Shown here: positions 10,618-19,727 of the stretch, piece by piece
Position numbering within the stretch: the stretch's first letter is position 1
Layout of the letters: every line of letters starts with the position of its first letter
Source: a virus
Lineage: Duplodnaviria; Caudoviricetes
Direction: 5' to 3' (one strand)
DNA: 64,000 nucleotides
Virus record (IMG/VR): IMGVR_UViG_3300028887_000067
Coordinates: 64,001 to 128,000 of that record
Program-made: the position numbers and the translations under genes
The notes under the pieces: generated by a model
Told to the model about the DNA's origin: nothing
Database searches by the model: none
The model's input: the letters and a program-made list of their open reading frames with translations, nothing else

Positions 10618-12888
10618 TCAGGCCACCTTGTTGCGGACAGGCTTCGGTTCACCCAATCGTGAATACATGCCGTTATAGGAAACTTCCAACTCGTAGTCGA
10701 ACTTGTCGGCCACGACCTTGCCACGGTGGGTAATCACCACGGCGCAACCGATATCGGCCATCATCAGCTTGGCAAGGTCGAGCATATCGCGCATAGCCGA
10801 ATCGTCGGTCGAAATATCGAGCACTTCGTCCAAGGACAGGAAGTTCACATTGAAATCGCCAACCAGCGACACGAAATCACGGAAAGCCATCGATACAATG
10901 AAGCCCATCCTGCGCTTCTGACCCTGCGAAAGCATCGTGTAGTTCGGGGAGAGTCCAGGCATCGTCTCAAACTTGTACGACATAGAGTCGTCGAACTTGA
11001 GCGAGAAGGGCAAGCCGGCCTTGGCCATATTACGAGCAACGGTCTGGTTAAATACAGGAACAAACTGGCCGAACACCATCTGCTTCATTCCGTCATCCGC
11101 GCAGATCTTCGTGATAGCGTTGCATAGAGCCAAGGTGTCAGACGCTTCAGACCGCCTTTTCTCGGCAGCAACCAGCATTTCCTTGTTCTTCTTGATCTTC
11201 TGCTCCATCACAGCAATCGAGTTATCGTCAGCCGACTCCGCCCTCTCGATATCTGCGGTCAACTTGTTCAATGCCACTTCGAGCTGCCTGATTTCCCCAT
11301 CAATAGTCGAATACTTGGACACTTCCTCGTTCAGTTCCTCACTGACCGACGAATATTCCTCACGGATGGCAGGGAACGTCTCCTTCTGCTTCTTCAGGGC
11401 GTCCAGCTCCTTGGCAATCTCACCGGCGTCCCGTCCGTCAATCTGTTCCTGGTACTTCGTTTCCGTCATCAGCGCGGCATTAAACTGCGCCTGCATAGGC
11501 TTGAACTTGGTATTGTCGACGTCGTTGATATGACGCACCTCGGCGTCAATCTTATCGATTTCCTCGGTCTTGGCAGCCACCTTCTCCTCGAGGTCGGAAA
11601 CTTCCTTGTCGTAGACGTCAAGGGAAGATTTCAACTCCTTGACTTCCTGATTCAAGGACTTCCACTTGACCCGCAATACTTCCTTGTGTTCCTTGACATC
11701 CTCCTCCGTGGTTACGTGACCGCAAGTAGGACAGGGCTGTCCGGCAACAAATTTCTGCGCGTCATTGGTGACAGCGTCACGCTCGGCAGACTTCAGACGG
11801 AGCGTTACAGAACAATCATCCCGCACCCGCTCCTTGTCTCGCAAATCCTTTGTCAGCTTAGTAAGCTCACCCTTGGCATTCGCCCGATCGTTGTTCAAAG
11901 TTTCCCGTCGTTTAAACATCGGGTCGAGCGACTTGGACAACTCTGCAAGAGCCGCCTTCTTTTCTTCGGTATTCTTTTTTGCTTCGTCCAGCAACGAGAA
12001 CGCGGTAATGTCCTGCGAAAGCTCGCCAATGCGACGATCGATGTTGCGCTCCTCGCCCAGCTTTGCGCTGATAGACTTCATCTTGGTACGAAGCTTGGTT
12101 ACAGCCTTCCCGACCTCGTCAAGCTGACCTTTCTTGACCTTGATATCGGAGTCCATCTGGGTGGCATTGTCCTTCATCTGCTGCAGGTTATGGACCTGCT
12201 CTCGCTTCATCTTATCGTGAATAGCACTCAACTCGTTGATTTCGTTAGTCAGCTGCGAAATATCGGATTCAGAAATACTGAACTCGAGCTGGGCCTCAGA
12301 CGCACGCTTGTTGTTAGCCTTCTTCCACTTATCCAAAGACAGAGAAATTATCGACTCAAGCAGCTCGCGCTTTTTGGCGGCCGGCAACATAAAAAACGGC
12401 TGGGTCTCCTGGGTGTTCATCGCGATGACGTTCTTGAACAAAACATCGTTAAACCGAAGGATATTCTCCTCGAAATCCTTCTGAGTAAAACCAGCACGCT
12501 TGTTCTGCACAATCCATTCGGCCCCCTCGTACTTCTCGAGGGTAAACTTGATATCCGACTTCGCCCCCGAAATAGTCCTGGTGATGCGGTAGTGCTCGTC
12601 TTCGGCCGGCGGATTGGAAATGTCGAAAAGTAGCTCCACCACGGTAGGAGGAGCCTCACCCGGACGTTTCGGGTTATAGTTCTTCGAGTTACGGAGGTCT
12701 TCCTTCGTACCACCGCGATAAGACTTACCGAGCAAGGCAAACGTCATAGCCTCGACTATGGTAGACTTACCGAAACCATTGTCACCATGGACCCAAGTGA
12801 GACCATCAGAAAAAGTAAACTTGTTCAAGTTCGCCCCATAGCTCATAAAGTTACGAAACGACACTTCCTTGAAAATCAGCTTGTGCAT
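10618..12888 (-). CDS. Rad50/SbcC-like recombination ATPase (T4 gp46-like)
   Basis: FRNFMSYG, Walker A GDNGFGKS, coiled coils, CPTC zinc hook, signature LSQGQ, Walker B LDEVLD, ITH. Confidence 0.93.
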   Translation of the reverse strand: MHKLIFKEVSFRNFMSYGANLNKFTFSDGLTWVHGDNGFGKSTIVEAMTFALLGKSYRGGTKEDLRNSKNYNPKRPGEAPPTVVELLFDISNPPAEDEHYRITRTISGAKSDIKFTLEKYEGAEWIVQNKRAGFTQKDFEENILRFNDVLFKNVIAMNTQETQPFFMLPAAKKRELLESIISLSLDKWKKANNKRASEAQLEFSISESDISQLTNEINELSAIHDKMKREQVHNLQQMKDNATQMDSDIKVKKGQLDEVGKAVTKLRTKMKSISAKLGEERNIDRRIGELSQDITAFSLLDEAKKNTEEKKAALAELSKSLDPMFKRRETLNNDRANAKGELTKLTKDLRDKERVRDDCSVTLRLKSAERDAVTNDAQKFVAGQPCPTCGHVTTEEDVKEHKEVLRVKWKSLNQEVKELKSSLDVYDKEVSDLEEKVAAKTEEIDKIDAEVRHINDVDNTKFKPMQAQFNAALMTETKYQEQIDGRDAGEIAKELDALKKQKETFPAIREEYSSVSEELNEEVSKYSTIDGEIRQLEVALNKLTADIERAESADDNSIAVMEQKIKKNKEMLVAAEKRRSEASDTLALCNAITKICADDGMKQMVFGQFVPVFNQTVARNMAKAGLPFSLKFDDSMSYKFETMPGLSPNYTMLSQGQKRRMGFIVSMAFRDFVSLVGDFNVNFLSLDEVLDISTDDSAMRDMLDLAKLMMADIGCAVVITHRGKVVADKFDYELEVSYNGMYSRLGEPKPVRNKVA

Positions 12889-12912
12889 AGTACACCCTAA
12901 AAGAATACCACC

Positions 12913-12941
12913 AATTTAACACATTGGTGGTTGAATTGCAA
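12913..12941 (-). promoter_or_regulatory. Replication-class promoter of the gp46-like gene
   Basis: TTGCAA-TTCAACCACCAATGTGT(17)-TAAATT. Confidence 0.7.
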
Positions 12942-12960
12942 ATCGACAGTTTTATACCGA

Positions 12961-14610
12961 TTATTTATCGGTGAACGCGCTCAAATCGATAGAATTGAGC
13001 AAATTGGCGTCCTCCTCGTCAAGATCTGTGTCAAGCGCCTTGTCCAGTTCGACCCGTTCAGAACCCTGTTCCGGGGATGATGCCGTACATTCCTTCACAA
13101 GATTTCGAAGCTCGGCCATGTCCTCAGCCTTGACGACAGGAGGCGCCTCCAACTCCTTCTTGGCAGCTTCCTTCTCGGCCTTCTTCTTGTCGCGATACTT
13201 TTTGCGAGTTTCACGGGCCCGCTTTCGCTTCGCGTCATCCTTGTCCTCGATTTTCTGCTGCTCCTCGGTAGTCTGCTTTGTCGCAGAAACGCTCTCGTCA
13301 TAACTGCTAGTCAGGGCAACGATATCTTCGTTGGCGACTACTTTTTCGGCGGCCTTCTGTTCCTGGATGTCCTCCGGAGTGGGCTCATCGATTATAAGCT
13401 CCTGCAGAGTCATGCCGTGTTCCCTGTCGTACCCCTCAATATCGAGCACCTTGAGGCAACGCTTCATATTGTCGAGGGCGTATCCGCCAACACCAAGCTC
13501 CGTCATGAAGTTCGTGTTCGTATTGTTCGGATTCTTCATCATATCGTACAGCTTACGATAGGCAGGCGACGACTCGATAATCATTCGACGCTCGCGGTCA
13601 TATAGACGACGTATGGTCGCCTTGTGCTCATCGGTTGGCTGGTACGAATTGTTGCAGATATATCCAACGACCTCGTCATAGGTACGACCGTTAAGGATAG
13701 CTGAATCAATCCTCGCCAACGGTACCGGAAGCTCAGCCTCCGCTATTTCCTCGGGCGTCAGCTGACGGGCAGTCGGGTCGACCTGTTCGACTTCCATAGA
13801 ATCCTTGGCGAACATCTCCTCGGCGGTCGGATTCACCGGAATACGCAACAGCAACTCACGGGCCTGTTGCATCGAATTGTCCTCCACCTCGTAGCCTTCC
13901 GGCTTCATGCTCTCGTCGCCACCCATCTCAGACAGGGACTTCAAGGCATACTTGTAAACACGCAATGGGTACGCCGTCGGCTCGAACCGGTCACTCTCCA
14001 GATAGGCAAGGAACGTATTTGAATTTAGCAGCTCCCCACGAGTATTAGTCCAGTTAGAAGTAGCCGGGATAACCGGATTGATTAAAGGAACCGTCTTATT
14101 GTCGCGAACGAAGAACATCGTGACGGACATATTCGGGGTCTTCGGGTGCGGGTTAACCTTACCCTGCGGGTTCTTACGACAATGCTGAAAACAATCTATC
14201 AGCGTACCGACACGACTGTTGATAGGCTTCGCCGAAGACAGATACTTCACGTAAATGGAAACGGCCTCGCTCTTCACCAACTCCATGTAATGGTGCAAGC
14301 TGCGGAACTTGCTATAATCAAGCCACAGATACTCGTCATCGTCAAGACACACGGCCCAGCACGGAACCGTACGGCGATCGACATAGGCTTGAATCATCCG
14401 ACGCTTGAACTTCCAGTCATCGTTACGAGGAACAAATGTCACGTGTTCGCGATAGCGGTCTACGATGCCGTCCAGCCAAGAACGGCACCCCGTGTCAAAC
14501 ACAAATATGCGGTCAAACCCCATGGCGATGTGATATTCGAGCCACTCGACAAAATCCTGCGGGTTTTCAGTAGTCACCCGAACTAGGCAGTTAATGAAAA
14601 TTTGAGCCAT
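12961..14610 (-). CDS. GT-A fold glycosyltransferase (GT2/GT92-like) with long charged C-terminal extension
   Basis: EWLEYHIAMGFDRIFVFD and WAVCLDDDEY motifs; GAGG RBS. Confidence 0.75.
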   Translation of the reverse strand: MAQIFINCLVRVTTENPQDFVEWLEYHIAMGFDRIFVFDTGCRSWLDGIVDRYREHVTFVPRNDDWKFKRRMIQAYVDRRTVPCWAVCLDDDEYLWLDYSKFRSLHHYMELVKSEAVSIYVKYLSSAKPINSRVGTLIDCFQHCRKNPQGKVNPHPKTPNMSVTMFFVRDNKTVPLINPVIPATSNWTNTRGELLNSNTFLAYLESDRFEPTAYPLRVYKYALKSLSEMGGDESMKPEGYEVEDNSMQQARELLLRIPVNPTAEEMFAKDSMEVEQVDPTARQLTPEEIAEAELPVPLARIDSAILNGRTYDEVVGYICNNSYQPTDEHKATIRRLYDRERRMIIESSPAYRKLYDMMKNPNNTNTNFMTELGVGGYALDNMKRCLKVLDIEGYDREHGMTLQELIIDEPTPEDIQEQKAAEKVVANEDIVALTSSYDESVSATKQTTEEQQKIEDKDDAKRKRARETRKKYRDKKKAEKEAAKKELEAPPVVKAEDMAELRNLVKECTASSPEQGSERVELDKALDTDLDEEDANLLNSIDLSAFTDK

Positions 14611-14636
14611 TATTAAACCTCATGCGCTAAATTACA

Positions 14637-15998
14637 TCAGATCGCATCGATATTGAACTCGGGGGCGGCGAACATACCACTCAAGCCAGATATTCCGAGC
14701 GTAGACCCGTTGCCGTTGATAAGCTGAGCATTGGTCTCCGCCTCGTTCTGTACAAGGATATCGCCCTTGAAATTTTCCGGCGACGCGCAATCCCGGTTTA
14801 CCGTACAGAAAAAGCCGAACTGTTGCAATGTCTTGTAATAGTCGGTCTTGCTCTCCGGAATTCCCCACTCGGCAGTCTGTTCCCAGTCGACGGCGCGTTC
14901 GGGAGCCGGCTGACTGACGATATCTTCAACTTCCCTCGCGATATCAGGCGGAATCCACGACAGGTCTATGAGCGTCCTATTGCGGAGATACTGGCCATCC
15001 CATCCATTCGCCTTGGCGACGGCATAAATATTCGGGCAGTTTTCCAGAAGCTGAACCGCAGCCTTTTCGGATATCAGTGTTTCCTTGGACGGATTGTAAT
15101 CGCCACTCTTCGGGTCTACAAACGCCATTCCACGGATATTGTCCGACGTATCGCCGGCCAATACCTTGGCCGCAAGATACTGTTGCGGATAGGCGCACTT
15201 CACGAACGTGTTGGTCGTGTGGTTGAAAATCTTCACACCAGGTATATCGATCTGCGACATATCGGAGTCACGCGTGACAACAATGACATCGTCGTAGTCG
15301 GCGGCATACTTTTTGACCGACGCATATATCATGTCGTCGCCCTCGGCTACCTCGCACCGGACCGCCTTGGCACGGAAAAACGGCGCGAGCTTCATCGCAT
15401 ACTGGTCTTTGTACTCCTGCCAGTACTTCTTGTCGACAGAAAATTCCCAAATCGAAGCGGCACGCTTTCCCTTATAAGACGGCAGAATAGGAGTACCTGT
15501 GGTCGTCTTGATACTCCAGAGCATATCACGCTTTTCCTTCGGCAACTGCTCCAGCTTCCGATGCTTCAACGACTCATACAAGGCCTTCTGTTTCAGCGGA
15601 ATCTTTACCACGTCGTATTCGTCATCACCTTCCTTCGTCACCTTGAATGTGTAGTTATCGCTATTGACGTAATAACTAGTCGCATCGTAATACACGGTAG
15701 CGTTACGCTCGTAGTAGTCACGGACGAAATTTCGGCGCCACGCCTTCTTGCCCTCAAGACACAGAATGATATCCATCGGATTGAACAGCTTGACGTAGTC
15801 GAGCAAGCGGTTGAACATCTTAGTCCGCCAGACGATCATCTCGTCTTCCTCGGGCAGCATACTACCGAGCCTTTGACGGCTAGACTTAGTCTTCATTGAC
15901 CAAAGCTGGTGATATGACAGGGATGCCCAGTCGATTACCAGCAATCGCTTATCCTTATACGGATAGCTCTTTACAGGAGGTTCCTTAAAATCCATCAT
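14637..15998 (-). CDS. T4 RNase H-like 5'-3' exonuclease (FEN family)
   Basis: LLVID, YKGKR, EGDD, TRDSD, GDTSDNI and RNRTLIDL motifs. Confidence 0.9.
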   Translation of the reverse strand: MMDFKEPPVKSYPYKDKRLLVIDWASLSYHQLWSMKTKSSRQRLGSMLPEEDEMIVWRTKMFNRLLDYVKLFNPMDIILCLEGKKAWRRNFVRDYYERNATVYYDATSYYVNSDNYTFKVTKEGDDEYDVVKIPLKQKALYESLKHRKLEQLPKEKRDMLWSIKTTTGTPILPSYKGKRAASIWEFSVDKKYWQEYKDQYAMKLAPFFRAKAVRCEVAEGDDMIYASVKKYAADYDDVIVVTRDSDMSQIDIPGVKIFNHTTNTFVKCAYPQQYLAAKVLAGDTSDNIRGMAFVDPKSGDYNPSKETLISEKAAVQLLENCPNIYAVAKANGWDGQYLRNRTLIDLSWIPPDIAREVEDIVSQPAPERAVDWEQTAEWGIPESKTDYYKTLQQFGFFCTVNRDCASPENFKGDILVQNEAETNAQLINGNGSTLGISGLSGMFAAPEFNIDAI

Positions 15999-16339
15999 TT
16001 CCTCGAATAGCTTCTTGCCAGCGCATCTTCATCAAACATATTTTCAATATTGACCTGGTGCATATTGATTACATAGCCGTTTTTATAATCGAACTCGGGA
16101 TCTTTCGGATTCAACACCCGAATCCCATGCTGAACGCACTGATCAGCCAACCAGCCCAAATCGATACTGCTACCGATAACAATGCTATCAAACCCAACCG
16201 GATCACCCTTACCGGCAAACTGCAGTACACGATGTTCCAAAGTGAAGTACGTAAAGAACGTGCGTTGTTCTTCCGACTCATTTTCTATCGATTGGATTGT
16301 CGTTTCGGATACTGGTTCTGTAGTCATAAGATATCTCAC
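15995..16339 (-). CDS. Hypothetical protein
   Basis: 114 aa, with 4-bp ATGA overlaps to both neighbours. Confidence 0.7.
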   Translation of the reverse strand: MRYLMTTEPVSETTIQSIENESEEQRTFFTYFTLEHRVLQFAGKGDPVGFDSIVIGSSIDLGWLADQCVQHGIRVLNPKDPEFDYKNGYVINMHQVNIENMFDEDALARSYSRK

Positions 16340-18126
16340 AGGAAAAATTTCTTTTTAAATGTTCCACCGGTCTTGTTGACCTTGGACTCGTGTTTCGCCT
16401 TGGCCTTCTCTGCGGCCTTCTTCTTACGTTCCATCAGCATCGCCTCGTCAACGCTCGCCTCGTAAATCCCATCGAGATGGATCTCGTTTATAGGAATCTC
16501 GTCCTTAGCGTAATACATCTTTCGAGTCTCATAATGCTGCATCATATAGTTGTACTTGAGTCGTGGAGGCCCACCCCTTCTCGGGTTCGTGAAATACGAA
16601 GCGTCGTCCACCAAGTCATATACGAAGGCCATCTTCTTTTCCTTGTGAGGACGGACAATACGACCAATAGACTGCATCACCATATACACAGACTTTGCAG
16701 GGTCGGCCATCACCAGATTATGCAACAACTTTATGTTCACACCCTGCTGTAAACAACCATACGTCGCGAGAATGATATGCCCCGTAGAAAATTCAAGCGA
16801 CTTTCGTATCGACTCGCGTACGTCAACGGTCACCTTACCCGTGATGACGTGCAGCTTGAACGCCGGAAAATTATCGCGAAGGAAAGCCTCCATCAGTTCA
16901 AGATTCTCAATGAACTTGAAAAGGATGACGGTATTCTGCTTCTCCGTTATCTTTCCGGAGTCAATCAAGAGCTTCATTACATCACGTCGCGAACTCGTGC
17001 TAGAACAGAACGCTCGCTCGTCGTCAAACGTCGAATATCCGATCGTACGTCGCAACGAATGGGGGTACGGAATAAAAATCGCATTTACGGTAACCGGCGT
17101 CAGGATTCCCTTGTCGATGAGTTCCTTCAATCGGACAATCTCTTCCTTACGCCCGAGCTGGCTCTCGATATAGCCAGCGTCGATACCATCGTCGGGCAGC
17201 GTGCCCGACACGCCGATCTTGAAATCAACCGCGTTGACGCATTTCATCAAAATGTCGCGAAGCTTCACTCCTCTCGACGAATGCGCCTCGTCAACAATAA
17301 CAGCCGAAAAGCACTCGAAGAATTTAGCCGGCTTCCTCTGCAAGGACTGCCAGGTCGATATGGTGATATCCTTCAGCATAACTTCTTCGCCGAGATTCGC
17401 TTCCTCGAGCCGCTTCTTTTGCACCTTTGTCAACTTGTCGTCGGAATCCGCATAGATCAACGTACAATGGCGCTTGGCATCTTCCCATCCATAATCATTG
17501 TAAAAATCGGAATAGAGCTGCTCAACCAAGTTTGTCGACGGAACGATAATCAGGATCTTCTTGCGTTCCCGTTCGAGCAAATAGCGAGCAATAATACACA
17601 TAGACAGAGACTTACCCGAACTCGTACACGCCAGCAACGATATGCGACGACCATTGAGCGCCCGTTCCACCAGACGCAACTGGTGCTCATACGGAGTGAT
17701 CTCGAAATTTTCGACCCTGTTGTGAAGTTTCAATGTCTTCGCATACGCGAACACGTCGTCACGGCACAACATCCCCTTCGGCGGGGTATAAATATCGCGG
17801 ATTGCCTTCGTCAACGCGATTCGGGTACCGAAGCGGTTCTTTACAAGCGAACTTACCCTCGGGATCAATCCGATAGGCAACAAATGGGTAGACTTGTTGT
17901 AGAAATACACAAACGGAGTCTTGAAACCTTCCCTCACGGCCCACGTGTTAGCCACGGCCTTGTCATAGAAGGTCATACTGCCGAAAATGAAATTATTGAG
18001 CCTGTTACCCTCTGTAGGCGAAACAGAGGCTATTTTCAATACCGAAAACACGTCGTCGGCCTTGTCGAACGTAATCGCCGTAAGCGGTTTTTCCTGGTCA
18101 GCTTCCTTTACATCGGTATCTGCCAT
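16336..18126 (-). CDS. uvsW: UvsW-like SF2 helicase
   Basis: ACTSSGKS, IVPS, STWQSL, DEAH, SGT and QSIGR motifs. ATG 18126 overlaps the upstream stop. Confidence 0.88.
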   Translation of the reverse strand: MADTDVKEADQEKPLTAITFDKADDVFSVLKIASVSPTEGNRLNNFIFGSMTFYDKAVANTWAVREGFKTPFVYFYNKSTHLLPIGLIPRVSSLVKNRFGTRIALTKAIRDIYTPPKGMLCRDDVFAYAKTLKLHNRVENFEITPYEHQLRLVERALNGRRISLLACTSSGKSLSMCIIARYLLERERKKILIIVPSTNLVEQLYSDFYNDYGWEDAKRHCTLIYADSDDKLTKVQKKRLEEANLGEEVMLKDITISTWQSLQRKPAKFFECFSAVIVDEAHSSRGVKLRDILMKCVNAVDFKIGVSGTLPDDGIDAGYIESQLGRKEEIVRLKELIDKGILTPVTVNAIFIPYPHSLRRTIGYSTFDDERAFCSSTSSRRDVMKLLIDSGKITEKQNTVILFKFIENLELMEAFLRDNFPAFKLHVITGKVTVDVRESIRKSLEFSTGHIILATYGCLQQGVNIKLLHNLVMADPAKSVYMVMQSIGRIVRPHKEKKMAFVYDLVDDASYFTNPRRGGPPRLKYNYMMQHYETRKMYYAKDEIPINEIHLDGIYEASVDEAMLMERKKKAAEKAKAKHESKVNKTGGTFKKKFFL

Positions 18127-18641
18127 CACAGCACCTCGTAATAACCCTTGACCGGAGACGCGGATATGTCAATCGAGTCGGGAACCGTGTCGCCCTTGAT
18201 AACATTGTCACGGAAAAACGCAGGGGTGCCCAGCACGACACCGAGGCCCGTATCTGACTTATCGAGCGCGAACACCATCCGGTAAGTCGCGTTCGGCATC
18301 ACGAAATTCTGTGTTTGGTTGAACACGTTCCAGGCCGGCCGGTCGACACCCTTCGGAGCCGGTATGCACTCAAGCCTGCGCATGAAACGGCGCAGTTCGC
18401 CCACGTCCTTGTGGACGCGCATACCAACGGCTCTCGCCAGTCGCTGGCCGATGTCCGGCGGCAGACCCTCGCCATAATCGCGGTCCACCGCCACCATTCG
18501 TGACCGAGGCACATCCCGACCCAGTAACCTAGGCTCGGTATCGATTTCGACCTCGGCATCCGGCTTCATACGAACGCACGGATTACCGAAGCCGGCATAC
18601 TGCCACGAAAACAAGGAAACTAGTTGAACGGTAAAAATCAT
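18126..18641 (-). CDS. Hypothetical protein, first gene of the uvsW-RNase H operon
   Basis: Coupled to uvsW. The track's TTG start at 18698 is the -35 hexamer, so ATG 18641 is preferred. Confidence 0.6.
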   Translation of the reverse strand: MIFTVQLVSLFSWQYAGFGNPCVRMKPDAEVEIDTEPRLLGRDVPRSRMVAVDRDYGEGLPPDIGQRLARAVGMRVHKDVGELRRFMRRLECIPAPKGVDRPAWNVFNQTQNFVMPNATYRMVFALDKSDTGLGVVLGTPAFFRDNVIKGDTVPDSIDISASPVKGYYEVL

Positions 18642-18669
18642 CTCACTTGTCAGATAGTCGTTGCCATCG

Positions 18670-18698
18670 AAAATAGCAATAACAAGTTTTAAACTCAA
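18670..18698 (-). promoter_or_regulatory. Replication-class promoter of the uvsW operon
   Basis: TTGAGT-TTAAAACTTGTTATTGC(17)-TATTTT. Confidence 0.6.
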
Positions 18699-18772
18699 AT
18701 TACTTCAAAAACGCCTGAAAAAGGTGAAACATATATATGTGCAGTTGATTTGCGCTTTCTATATTTGGGCGC

Positions 18773-19459
18773 ATGGACACGAGCGAATTTTTGAAAATAC
18801 AGACCAACCTGGTAGACAACATCTCCTTCGAAGACATCATCACGACCGACGGCATAAAGACCATCGCCGGCGTCGACACTGCCTACTGGAACAACTCCGG
18901 GCGCGAGTACGGCGTATGCTGCATCGTCGTGATCGACGTCGCAACCTGCGCTCCCATAGAGAAAAAGTACGCGACTGGGCCAATCGATATGCCGTACATT
19001 CCGGGGTTCCTCGCCTTCCGCGAGCTCCCGCTGTTCGAGAAGGCGCTTTCCAAGCTGGAAACCAAGCCGGACCTGTTCATGTTCGACGGGAACGGCGTGC
19101 TCCATCCCAGAAATATGGGAATCGCCACCCACGCCTCGTTCCTCGTGAACGTCCCCACAATCGGCGTGGCCAAGACCTTCTACAAGGTGGCCGACGACGC
19201 GGACTACGTGCTCCCGCCAAACCAGGTGGGCGCCTCCACCCGGATAACCTACAACGGGACCGAACTGGGGCTGGCAGTCCGGACGCGTCTAAACACGCTC
19301 CCCGTGTTCGTTTCGGTAGGTAACCGCATATCCCTGCAGACGGCCAAGGACATCGTCATGAGGGTCGTCACCAAGGACAGCCGAATCCCCTGCCCCACCC
19401 GTCAGGCCGATCTCTACAGCCATGACTGCCGAAACATGCTGAAAACGGCGTCGGACTAG
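18773..19459 (+). CDS. nfi: Endonuclease V (deoxyinosine 3' endonuclease, Nfi family)
   Basis: AGVD, YIPGFLAFRE, FDGNGVLHPR, GIATH, IGVAK, VFVSVG and PTRQAD motifs. Confidence 0.95.
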   Translation: MDTSEFLKIQTNLVDNISFEDIITTDGIKTIAGVDTAYWNNSGREYGVCCIVVIDVATCAPIEKKYATGPIDMPYIPGFLAFRELPLFEKALSKLETKPDLFMFDGNGVLHPRNMGIATHASFLVNVPTIGVAKTFYKVADDADYVLPPNQVGASTRITYNGTELGLAVRTRLNTLPVFVSVGNRISLQTAKDIVMRVVTKDSRIPCPTRQADLYSHDCRNMLKTASD

Positions 19460-19477
19460 CACCGCCGGTCTTCCCCG

Positions 19478-19504
19478 GAGGCCCCTTTCCAGGGGTCTTT
19501 TTTT
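19478..19504 (+). terminator. Terminator after nfi
   Basis: AGGCCCCT-TTCC-AGGGGTCT followed by a T run. Confidence 0.85.
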
Positions 19505-19660
19505 GTACCTTTTTCCCCCTATAAAAGAGGAAACATATATTCGGTACTCCCGAAGGCTTACTTGCGTGGCTCGTTTAGGGCCTACGCAGGAGGGGGTTAG
19601 GGCAAGGGGAGCATAAACTCCTGTCCGGCAAAGGGGGAGGATACGGGGGTGTCGATCCAA
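19505..19660 (+). other. Structured, G-run-rich non-coding region (candidate origin or ncRNA)
   Basis: Longest intergenic gap in the window, with consecutive hand-folded hairpins and several G3-G5 runs. Confidence 0.35.
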
Positions 19661-19687
19661 AGATCTGAAAAAAGAACGTGGAAAGAC

Positions 19688-19716
19688 TTGACGATCAAAT
19701 TTGTTTTTTGTAGCTT
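19688..19716 (+). promoter_or_regulatory. Replication-class promoter of the PolA-like gene
   Basis: TTGACG-ATCAAATTTGTTTTTTG(17)-TAGCTT. Confidence 0.75.
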
Positions 19717-19727
19717 TGTCCTGACGA

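Noticed and set aside
12947-12956. TATAAAACTG upstream of gp46
   Set aside because: It has one extra A relative to the late motif, and a better replication-class promoter lies next to it.
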